The notes under the pieces are model-generated. The model worked only from the letters and a program-made list of their open reading frames with translations, was not told the DNA's origin and did no database searches. Shown piece after piece: positions 45,658 through 53,545 of a DNA stretch of 64,000 bases (position 1 is the stretch's first letter; every line of letters begins with the position of its first letter). The stretch lies in the sequence record NC_031127.1. One strand, written 5' to 3'. The translations under genes were made by a program, and so were the position numbers.

Positions 45658-45834
45658 ATGGATAAAATTTATATCGTTACAGCAATCCTCTTTACCATCG
45701 CCTGCTTACTCAGCTGGCGTGTATCATCTAACATGAAACGTCGTAAGTGCCCACCGGGTGCTATCGCGTTTGGTGTTCAAGCCTGTGTTTATGGTTTTGT
45801 GGCCATCTACACCGGTGTGAAGTATTTCATCTAG
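45658..45834 (+). CDS. Small early two-TM membrane protein, 58 aa (not in ORF track)
   Basis: MDKIYIVTAILFTIACLLSWRVSSNMKRRKCPPGAIAFGVQACVYGFVAIYTGVKYFI; SD TAAGGAG. Confidence 0.8.
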   Translation: MDKIYIVTAILFTIACLLSWRVSSNMKRRKCPPGAIAFGVQACVYGFVAIYTGVKYFI

Positions 45835-45845
45835 CAGTAAAAAAG

Positions 45846-45873
45846 GGGCACGGAAGTGTCCTTTTTCTTTTTT
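45846..45873 (+). terminator. Intrinsic terminator (GNRA loop)
   Basis: ggggcac-ggaa-gtgtcct plus T tract. Confidence 0.65.
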
Positions 45874-45893
45874 CGTAAAATAAGGAGTATCAA

Positions 45894-46958
45894 ATGCCAC
45901 GTCTCTTAGCGTTTACCGGTGGAATTGATTCCACATGGGTGTTGCAGAAGTTAATTCAACAACCGTCATCCGATGGCGGTGAAGTGATTCATCCGGTGTA
46001 CATGGATTTCTATCAAGGTTCTCCGGCAGCCATTGTCGAGTTCCTGCTCGGCAGCGAAATCGCCCTGCGGCTGTTAAAGCACAACAAAGACAATTATAAA
46101 GAGCCGCTGGAATGGCGCTCACCCCCGTTGCAAATTTTCACCAGCTGTATTATCGGTCGCTCAAACGGAAACGAAAGTCGCCTGATTCAACAGGGTAACA
46201 CCGTGTTGGGTTTGGCACACCTGATGAATGCGGTACAAGCTCGCCATCCGGGGTCTACCGCCTTAACCGGCTGGAACAAAGCCGATTTCATTGAAAACAG
46301 TGCGCTGCAAGGCGAGTGGTCTGAAGAGGATTACCTGCGCCTGAAAAAACTCTACAGTGAAATGATGTTCTTCCAAGACCATCACTATCGCTGTTCTCCA
46401 CTTCTCACCCCGGCGTGGGATATGGAGAAGAAAGACATGTGGGATGCACTCCCGACTGATGTGCAAGAACTGATCACTGTGTGTTCAACCTACATGTTTA
46501 AGATTTACCATGTTAAGTCCGAGAACGCGCTGTACATCTCCTGTAACCCACAACACTTCGGTAAGTCTGTGCGGTATCTGGCCCGTGGGATTAACCTCAC
46601 GGCTGCCTGGCGTATAGCGATTGACGACGAGTTCCATCGCCGTCTTAACACAGACAACGTCCCGAGTAACCACTTCGCTGGAAGCTTCCCAAGTGAGTTG
46701 CTATCGTCGACCGAAACGAAGCACCGGCCATCACTGCGCATGCGTTCCGATGACCGCAACCTGCAAATCGAAGCCTACAGTATCGATGAGTGGAAAACGA
46801 AGTTTGACCATGTAGAAGATATGCTAAAGGTGGAACGTGAACGAGAACAAGCCGAGTACCGTGCCCAGCGAGAAAAAGAGAAAGCTGAAAGTCCGGACAG
46901 TGCAAATCGCGAAGTGGCGGAAGGCGAAGTCGCTGTTTCCAGCGGTGCCGCTGATTGA
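45894..46958 (+). CDS. QueC-like PP-loop ATPase, non-canonical
   Basis: LLAFTGGIDST PP-loop, PVYMD, LTPAWDMEKKDMW; no CxxCxxC zinc cluster. Confidence 0.65.
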   Translation: MPRLLAFTGGIDSTWVLQKLIQQPSSDGGEVIHPVYMDFYQGSPAAIVEFLLGSEIALRLLKHNKDNYKEPLEWRSPPLQIFTSCIIGRSNGNESRLIQQGNTVLGLAHLMNAVQARHPGSTALTGWNKADFIENSALQGEWSEEDYLRLKKLYSEMMFFQDHHYRCSPLLTPAWDMEKKDMWDALPTDVQELITVCSTYMFKIYHVKSENALYISCNPQHFGKSVRYLARGINLTAAWRIAIDDEFHRRLNTDNVPSNHFAGSFPSELLSSTETKHRPSLRMRSDDRNLQIEAYSIDEWKTKFDHVEDMLKVEREREQAEYRAQREKEKAESPDSANREVAEGEVAVSSGAAD

Positions 46959-47262
46959 TGTCACGGTTAAATCCGGTATCAAAGCCTTAGCCCCAACGTG
47001 GGACTTTCTGATGGTGTACAAGAACTCCGACAAAGGTCCCGAGGCTGAAGACGCCTACACGAAAAAATATAAAAGCAGAATCCAACAGCTCAAACAGGAT
47101 GACCCTGATGTGATGTTGGAACTGCTGTATCAGGATGAGATTATCCTGATGTGTTATTGCCCGTCCGGTAAGTTTTGTCACCGGCTTTTATTAGTTGATG
47201 AGTTCAAAGCCTTAGGCGATGAACACAATGTCGAAGTAACCTACGAAGGAGAAATCACATGA
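46837..47262 (+). CDS. DUF488-family protein
   Basis: IDVTVKSG, LAPTWD, YTKKY, ILMCYCPSGKFCHRLLL; GTG start with AAGGTGG SD inside the upstream gene. Confidence 0.7.
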   Translation: MNENKPSTVPSEKKRKLKVRTVQIAKWRKAKSLFPAVPLIDVTVKSGIKALAPTWDFLMVYKNSDKGPEAEDAYTKKYKSRIQQLKQDDPDVMLELLYQDEIILMCYCPSGKFCHRLLLVDEFKALGDEHNVEVTYEGEIT

Positions 47263-47651
47263 GTTTTGATATCAAGAACGACACCCTGCGCATCATTGTT
47301 CCGGTCGGCACTATTCCCGGTCGTGAAATCCCACTTTTTGAAAACGCCACGGCGTTAGCCAAAGAAGCTTTCGAAGCTGCGGGTTTCGAGAAAGTGGAAC
47401 TGGTTGAGAAACCGGCAGCGTTTTTCACCCGTGCTTACAGCGACAGCGGGCAGGCTTGGGCTGCACTGTATAACTACGGTTTGGTATTACGCTCGTCGTT
47501 TACGCCGTACGTCACCATTGAAGAACTGCAAAAGCACGCAGCCATCATCAATGTGTGGCATGACATCTTCAGCCACAAAATCCCAACGGATACACTGATC
47601 AGATTCTCGCCGACCCTGACCATGATTGCCGTTAACGATTTGGCCAAATAA
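47259..47651 (+). CDS. Hypothetical protein
   Basis: 130 aa, SD AAGGAG. Confidence 0.75.
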   Translation: MSFDIKNDTLRIIVPVGTIPGREIPLFENATALAKEAFEAAGFEKVELVEKPAAFFTRAYSDSGQAWAALYNYGLVLRSSFTPYVTIEELQKHAAIINVWHDIFSHKIPTDTLIRFSPTLTMIAVNDLAK

Positions 47652-47676
47652 ATTAGCACCCACAAGGAGTATCAAC

Positions 47677-48579
47677 ATGCAGGCTCAATTTATCCGCGTA
47701 CCGTTGTTTTCGAAAAATACCATCTCCGACAACATTGTTCTTCAGAATCTAATCGATACCACCCACAAACTTTATACGCTGGCGAAAGACAAGTTTCCGC
47801 ACATCGAGGGCTATAGCGTCCCCGAAGAAACACGCACTTACGTACTGATGGAGAAGTACGCCCGTCCGGCTTACCGCGCATTATCGACGCTGGCACCCGA
47901 TTCGGAAGAAGCAGCGAAAATCATTGCGTTATTGCACGAAGTCTATTGTGGTATCGCGGCGGACGATTGTGTAAACGTCGAACCGACGCCAGCGATGCTG
48001 TTGGCTATCAACAATCAGCACCTCCAGTCTGACATGTACATGCGTGCTGTGTTAGAAAGTAAACCTGGGTTCATGCGCAGGAGTATTGCTAACAACGGGC
48101 CGCGCGTTAAAAACCCTATCAATAAGGATATCACGCTTATCGGTGTCGCGGATATGCCTGCCGATATGCAAAAGGCTATTCTCGAAACGATGGCGCGGTT
48201 TAACGCAGGCAGAAACACGTTGTTGACTGGCCGCGACCGTAACATTATTACCGGTCCGGTGAGTTTCAATTTGAATTACCTCGGCGACGGTAAGTGGGAA
48301 GCCGATATCCACATTGTGGCTCAATCAGTTTCCGGACAGATCTGGCAGTTCATCATTGAACGTCTGAAGGCAGACACTGATTCAACCGAAGATAAATATA
48401 TCATCAACGGTGATAAAATGGTTATCGAGATGGCCCAAATGTTGCCGGAACGTCAGATGAGTGATGTTGTTATCAAACTGGTCACCAATGGTCTCAAAAA
48501 CACCATTATCCATGCCCTGTTGGATATCAGCAAAAACCGTTATCAAAATGAAATTATTCTTCGTTCCCTGAAGAAATAA
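47677..48579 (+). CDS. Hypothetical protein
   Basis: ATG at 47677 after AAGGAG, within track ORF 47626..48579. Confidence 0.8.
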   Translation: MQAQFIRVPLFSKNTISDNIVLQNLIDTTHKLYTLAKDKFPHIEGYSVPEETRTYVLMEKYARPAYRALSTLAPDSEEAAKIIALLHEVYCGIAADDCVNVEPTPAMLLAINNQHLQSDMYMRAVLESKPGFMRRSIANNGPRVKNPINKDITLIGVADMPADMQKAILETMARFNAGRNTLLTGRDRNIITGPVSFNLNYLGDGKWEADIHIVAQSVSGQIWQFIIERLKADTDSTEDKYIINGDKMVIEMAQMLPERQMSDVVIKLVTNGLKNTIIHALLDISKNRYQNEIILRSLKK

Positions 48580-48603
48580 GCAGTCCCCACAAGGAGTATA
48601 AAA

Positions 48604-49122
48604 ATGGAAATGAACTTTTACACTAAGCGAGAGTTAACGCACCTCGCAATGTTAAAACAACCGGGTATGGCCATTGACCCGGAAATCAAGATTGACCCGC
48701 TCAAAGAAGAAATCGCGTTGAGCTACCCGGAAGCCGAGTGGAACGACTGGTACTGCAAGGTGAAGATGGTGTCTTACGCGCTTCTGGAGCTGGCACGCTA
48801 CAACACCTGCAAACGTTTGCAAGGTTGGGTCTGGTATGTGCCCCGTACGCCGTCTCAGTTAGCCTTTGAGACAAATCCCGAAGAGAAGGTGGCTATCCGC
48901 CCAGTCATCCACCCTGAGCGCTTAGAGGTCCATCTGGAAGCGATTTGGAACCGTCCGCGTACGGAGCTGGCGGAAATCGTTCGCATTATCCAGCGGGTTG
49001 AGATGCCGGGACTGACGTGGGTAACCTGGGACTCGGTTGATGTCAACAAAAACTTCTGGGTATTAAGCTGGGTCGGTGGACCGTTCCATAACCACAACCA
49101 TATCTACCTGAACCGGAGATAG
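48604..49122 (+). CDS. Hypothetical protein
   Basis: 172 aa, SD AAGGAG. Confidence 0.8.
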   Translation: MEMNFYTKRELTHLAMLKQPGMAIDPEIKIDPLKEEIALSYPEAEWNDWYCKVKMVSYALLELARYNTCKRLQGWVWYVPRTPSQLAFETNPEEKVAIRPVIHPERLEVHLEAIWNRPRTELAEIVRIIQRVEMPGLTWVTWDSVDVNKNFWVLSWVGGPFHNHNHIYLNRR

Positions 49123-49126
49123 CCCG

Positions 49127-49402
49127 ATGCTTGACCGTCTGCTCTCCTTGATTAACAAACGTCAGCGTGACCTCTTTCAGCGTAACCTGCGTCTGGAAGA
49201 ACAAAAGCTGGAAGCGGAACAGCGTGTCCGTGCGCTCGAAAAGGTGGTGTTGGAAATGACCGACGTCGCGATATCGCATTGCGTGGTGATAAAAGCCGGT
49301 GTCGAGCGCAGTGACGGGCCATCCATTCGCCTGTCGACCGATACGCTCCATCAGCGCATGGTGGGCTACCGTACCAAAGTCAAAGAACTGGATTATTTCT
49401 GA
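49127..49402 (+). CDS. Small coiled-coil protein
   Basis: 91 aa, heptad-like LRLEEQKLEAEQRVRALEKVV. Confidence 0.7.
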   Translation: MLDRLLSLINKRQRDLFQRNLRLEEQKLEAEQRVRALEKVVLEMTDVAISHCVVIKAGVERSDGPSIRLSTDTLHQRMVGYRTKVKELDYF

Positions 49403-49728
49403 TGAAAGATGTAACGCCTTTTGATGCCAAGTCACTCGGTGGGATGTCGCCAGAGCAATCGCTTTCCTACCTCGCAAGGGGTGGGAAGATTCTGGATGAC
49501 ACCGACACAGCTGACCGGTTGTTAACCATGATGGTGCCCCTGCGTGATAACTACTACGAGATTGTGCCGCTCGCAACCGAGTATGTGGTACGCACGCCGG
49601 GGCGTGAATACGAAGCATTGAGAGCGCCTCGCAGCGTAGGCGGGGTGATTCTATTGATGCGTAACTTTAACGACGCTGTAGAGCGCTGTGGGCTGTATAT
49701 CGCCACAGGTGGAACGGGACACTACTAA
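49402..49728 (+). CDS. Hypothetical protein
   Basis: 108 aa, TGATG coupling. Confidence 0.7.
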   Translation: MKDVTPFDAKSLGGMSPEQSLSYLARGGKILDDTDTADRLLTMMVPLRDNYYEIVPLATEYVVRTPGREYEALRAPRSVGGVILLMRNFNDAVERCGLYIATGGTGHY

Positions 49729-50147
49729 TGTTTGGATGGCTTACACGACTGTCGAAATTGAAGCAGGAAAACGCCGAGCTAAAAGAGTTGGTGGTAACGC
49801 TGCGGGAACTCAATGAAACTGATGAACGTATGCTTGCATCCACCATGGCTTCCTTAAATGATGACATGATGCGCGGGCGCGTATGGGTCGAGTCATACCG
49901 GTGGCACATTTGCCGGATGAACGAATCCACGCAGAAGTACATCAAGGAATACGAGGAGTCGTATCAAAATACCGCCAAAGAACGAAACATCCACATTAAT
50001 CACGAACCGATACCGACGTTCGATTTCCCGACCTCACCACCGGACGAAATTGTTGTACGTCCCCGTGATAAGTACCGTACGCCGATTCGTGGCACAATAG
50101 AGATTAAAGATCTCAGCACGTATATTCAACCAAAAAAGGAACAGTGA
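49728..50147 (+). CDS. Hypothetical protein
   Basis: 139 aa, TAATG coupling. Confidence 0.7.
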   Translation: MFGWLTRLSKLKQENAELKELVVTLRELNETDERMLASTMASLNDDMMRGRVWVESYRWHICRMNESTQKYIKEYEESYQNTAKERNIHINHEPIPTFDFPTSPPDEIVVRPRDKYRTPIRGTIEIKDLSTYIQPKKEQ

Positions 50148-50566
50148 TGTACCAACTGACATTGTCAAACGGTTTAACAGTTAGCTTAGTTCAACCCACG
50201 GTTGAAGATGTGCGCAAGTTCACCCACAACCAGCGCGATGCCCGCACGTCGCAGACTATGTGGATTCTCAGCGAAAACGGTGAGTTTATCTTACCGAAGT
50301 TTGTGAAATCGGAGCGCGGTGAACATCTCGCGATTAACCGTTTTCTTGACCGGATGCAAAAGGTCGGTACGGAATATGGCTTAGCCGTGTGTACTGCGGA
50401 ACTGCCGGACGACCTCGTGCTGATGTCAGATGAGCTGATGCACCTGTCCGTTGAGTATTTGGCGATTATCGATAACTATTGTAAGTACCCGAATGCCCGT
50501 ACGTTCATCATGATGTCGAACATGGCGTCGCATCTTTGGAACGTGCACCACCGCAAGAAACACTAA
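50144..50566 (+). CDS. Hypothetical protein
   Basis: 140 aa, coupled, SD AAGGA. Confidence 0.7.
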   Translation: MMYQLTLSNGLTVSLVQPTVEDVRKFTHNQRDARTSQTMWILSENGEFILPKFVKSERGEHLAINRFLDRMQKVGTEYGLAVCTAELPDDLVLMSDELMHLSVEYLAIIDNYCKYPNARTFIMMSNMASHLWNVHHRKKH

Positions 50567-50590
50567 GAGTAACCTAAAAGGAGTATTAAA

Positions 50591-51931
50591 ATGTTGAAAC
50601 CTCGTAAAGCAAAAACCGGTCTGGTAATCGTTACTCGCTATTCTGCGGGACTCCGTGGATTCCCAGAAGGGTTTGCGGTGTACTTGGGCAAGAAACTTGT
50701 TCGCTACATCGATGGCGTAGAAGTCGGTGAGATTGTGGGGCCATTAGGTGCACCTACCTTACCGGTCTTTAACCTGCCGAAAACCACCCGTGTGATATAT
50801 CGCCAATTACAGAATATGTTTTGTCGTGCGACCATCGGCATGGGTACCAAATACTACGGCCTGCGTAAGTTAAAGCCGGTCGCTAAAAAGAAAGACACCT
50901 ACATGGAAGAGTTGCAGGAGTCACTGTTCGGTAAACCGGATTACAGTCACATCGGTATTAACGCCAACCGTGACGCGGGTATGCAAACGTCGATGGACAC
51001 GCTGTTTAAGGGCGGGATTCACAACGGTAATGACAAACTGGCCCGTAAGATTGCCAATAACCCCGGTGTGTCCGGTGCGTTTGATAATCGTGTTGCCGGA
51101 CTGCTTCAGCAAGGTACGGGACATTCTTTACTGACAAGTGACTGTCGCTCCATCCGGTCTATTGCGTTGCAGATGGCGCAGCACAATGTCGATACGGCTA
51201 TGCGTAAGTTGAACTTCTCTAACGTTACGGTGCTGTACAGCACCGACGTGTTGAAGGATGTCGAGAACGAACTCCGTACCTGTCACGATGATCGTAACCA
51301 CATCAACCGAATGCTTGAGCTTCGTAAAACGCTGCCGTTAGCGGGTACCTACACACTCGTTGATGATCTGGTTAAGCTACCGCTGATGTCTCAATTGACT
51401 GAGTCTATCTGCGCAGCCGGTAAACGGGCAATGGCAGAACTGCCAACGGAAGACGCCGCTGAGTTGGATGACCCGACTCCAGAGACGTTAGTGGACTGGC
51501 TGATTCTGTTCGGTTCACTAAACCAACCGAAGACGGTGGACTATCTTTCCACGTTGAACGTCGGTGGCAGTGGGATCTCTTCTGAGGAAACGGCGGCGTT
51601 GTATAAGCGCATTCGTGAGCGTGCTGGAATTAACGATGGGGATGAAGCAGTTGCCAGAACGGTGGCGATGGCACGGGCAATTAGTCCGCACCTTCACGAC
51701 CCTTATGCTTACTCACGCGCGTTGCGTAACGGCGAACCTGTGCTGTACATGGATCTCGAAATGCCGACGGATACCAGTAAGCTCAAAGACCTGTTGGTCA
51801 AGGAAGAAGATTTGCCTAAGTTGATGGCCAACTACATCAAGGTTCGCCAAGGGGGCAAAGGCGAGATGTTCACCCTCGACTCTATCCCTCGTGAAAACAG
51901 CTTATTGAAGGACGAAGACGACAATGCTTAA
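50591..51931 (+). CDS. Hypothetical protein
   Basis: 446 aa, SD AAGGAG. Confidence 0.8.
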   Translation: MLKPRKAKTGLVIVTRYSAGLRGFPEGFAVYLGKKLVRYIDGVEVGEIVGPLGAPTLPVFNLPKTTRVIYRQLQNMFCRATIGMGTKYYGLRKLKPVAKKKDTYMEELQESLFGKPDYSHIGINANRDAGMQTSMDTLFKGGIHNGNDKLARKIANNPGVSGAFDNRVAGLLQQGTGHSLLTSDCRSIRSIALQMAQHNVDTAMRKLNFSNVTVLYSTDVLKDVENELRTCHDDRNHINRMLELRKTLPLAGTYTLVDDLVKLPLMSQLTESICAAGKRAMAELPTEDAAELDDPTPETLVDWLILFGSLNQPKTVDYLSTLNVGGSGISSEETAALYKRIRERAGINDGDEAVARTVAMARAISPHLHDPYAYSRALRNGEPVLYMDLEMPTDTSKLKDLLVKEEDLPKLMANYIKVRQGGKGEMFTLDSIPRENSLLKDEDDNA

Positions 51932-52496
51932 ACCGAAGAAACGCAAGGACCGTGTATACTTGATGCGGGCAACGAACGGCGGTTATGTGGTGCGCAGCGA
52001 AACCAAACGACGCGCGCTCACCCAAGACGCTATCGATGGCATCCTGTTGGTCTACAGTCCAGAGTACAGTTATCCGTGCGCAAACCGTGTAGTGCGATTA
52101 GTTCTGGATATGGTTTACCGGAACAATCGTAAGAAGGTTATGTTGAAAGAGTTCTCGTGGGAAACCTTCACGCCAAGTCCGGAGAAGTTCCGAGTCCCGA
52201 CTGATGGTGTGATGGGTCGTGAGTTGGATTGGAGTCGACTTTTGACGAAGCCGGTTATCTCTGAGAACGCGAAAGCGGCGATTGGGGGTTTGGAAATCAA
52301 AGGTGTGCAGCTGAAGCAATCGAAGCTTAAAACTGACGACATCCAAGAACTGGTTAAAGAGTTCGGGGTTGTCGCGGAGCAGCAACTGATTGACCGCTTC
52401 ATGCGAAACGAACAACCTACCCAAGAAGAGTATGAGCAGGCGCAGGCTATCGGCCGTTTGATGCTCCACCGCTGGTTAGAAAAGCAGAACTGTTAA
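51924..52496 (+). CDS. Hypothetical protein
   Basis: 190 aa, overlaps the previous stop, terminator downstream. Confidence 0.75.
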   Translation: MLKPKKRKDRVYLMRATNGGYVVRSETKRRALTQDAIDGILLVYSPEYSYPCANRVVRLVLDMVYRNNRKKVMLKEFSWETFTPSPEKFRVPTDGVMGRELDWSRLLTKPVISENAKAAIGGLEIKGVQLKQSKLKTDDIQELVKEFGVVAEQQLIDRFMRNEQPTQEEYEQAQAIGRLMLHRWLEKQNC

Positions 52497-52505
52497 AAGG
52501 CAGTG

Positions 52506-52542
52506 CCCTACTCCTTCGGGAGTAGGGTTTCTTCTTTTTTTG
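52506..52542 (+). terminator. Intrinsic terminator (cUUCGg loop)
   Basis: ccctactcc-ttcg-ggagtaggg plus T tract. Confidence 0.85.
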
Positions 52543-52564
52543 TTTACTCGCAATAAAAAATATT

Positions 52565-52593
52565 TCAGATATATATTACCTAGGTGAGAGTTG
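52565..52593 (+). promoter_or_regulatory. Early promoter motif, copy 8
   Basis: Identical 29-mer to 5016..5044, contains TATATTAC. Confidence 0.8.
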
Positions 52594-52645
52594 AGTAATA
52601 ATCTTCTCTTAACCATCCTATTAATAGACTATCGAGGAATACATC

Positions 52646-53071
52646 ATGAACACAGTTATCACTCTGAACGACACCATCCGTGAAGTAGCTCGCCGTAACC
52701 CAGCAGCTCTGTTATCCGTAGTTGGCATGTATGCGGGTACCGGTCGTGTCAATGATATCCCGGTGGAAACACTGGAAGCTGCAATCGAGAAAGCGCACGA
52801 AGCAGGACGCAACACACCTGTTCCTAATCGTGAAAATTTCGACAGTGACATGGCCTACAACGACCAAGTCAATCAGCTGACCATCATCAAAGCACTGGCA
52901 ACTAATCTCTGCTATGGCTTTACTGCGGATAACATCCCAGACATGATTGATGAAATGTACGACCGTATGGAAAGTCATGAAGAAGTGTGGGATGCCTACA
53001 CGGCCATCACTGTATCCACGCGTCGGATGGAAGAAGCTTTCATGGAGAAAGCGAAAACCGAACTGTTCTAA
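52646..53071 (+). CDS. Early hypothetical protein
   Basis: 141 aa, SD GAGGA, directly downstream of the promoter. Confidence 0.8.
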   Translation: MNTVITLNDTIREVARRNPAALLSVVGMYAGTGRVNDIPVETLEAAIEKAHEAGRNTPVPNRENFDSDMAYNDQVNQLTIIKALATNLCYGFTADNIPDMIDEMYDRMESHEEVWDAYTAITVSTRRMEEAFMEKAKTELF

Positions 53072-53143
53072 TATACCTACCCCTACCCAATTGGGTAGGG
53101 GTTAACTTAACTTATCTTAAAATATAAATACTGGAGAATCACC

Positions 53144-53365
53144 ATGCGCAACTTATTCACTACTAACAAAGCTATCGTTGAAACTGTTAAACCTGCTGGC
53201 AAGAAAGAAGACATGCTGGACCTGCTGCTGAAACTGAACAGCAATGAGCTGACCGCAGTTATGGCTGAGATGAAAAAGGGTGACCCTATGGTCAGCAAAG
53301 TCGAAGCCATCTACGACCGCAAGTCTGATGGCAAGATGAAAAGCACCATGCTGTTCATGTGCTAA
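53144..53365 (+). CDS. Small early hypothetical protein
   Basis: 73 aa, SD GGAG, biased codons. Confidence 0.75.
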   Translation: MRNLFTTNKAIVETVKPAGKKEDMLDLLLKLNSNELTAVMAEMKKGDPMVSKVEAIYDRKSDGKMKSTMLFMC

Positions 53366-53390
53366 GGGTAAATGATGCGACAACCAATAC

Positions 53391-53418
53391 GCTGACTCTC
53401 GGTTACCCGAGAGTCAGC
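53391..53418. other. Perfect 12-bp hairpin
   Basis: gctgactctcgg-ttac-ccgagagtcagc. Confidence 0.8.
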
Positions 53419-53545
53419 TGAGGCGTGTGTGTCATTTATTTTTTTTTGATTTTTCCCGTGGTTGACACACTCTTCTTTTTTCTTGTTGGATAAGCGGCAA
53501 GATGCTATGGACGTCACCCCATCACTTACATGAGGAACATGCACC

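Noticed and set aside
45894-46958. Canonical queC implying 7-deazaguanine DNA modification
   Set aside because: No zinc-binding Cys cluster and no folE/queD/queE/dpdA in the window, so it is kept only as QueC-like
11458-52527. Identical cctactccttcgggagtagg at ~11460, ~40108 and ~52507 as mobile-element ends
   Set aside because: Each is a cUUCGg terminator stem after a stop codon with a T tract; no transposase or target-site duplication
53420-53545. Possible tRNA or structured ncRNA in the intergenic gap
   Set aside because: No cloverleaf, T-loop GTTCRA or CCA end; mostly T tracts
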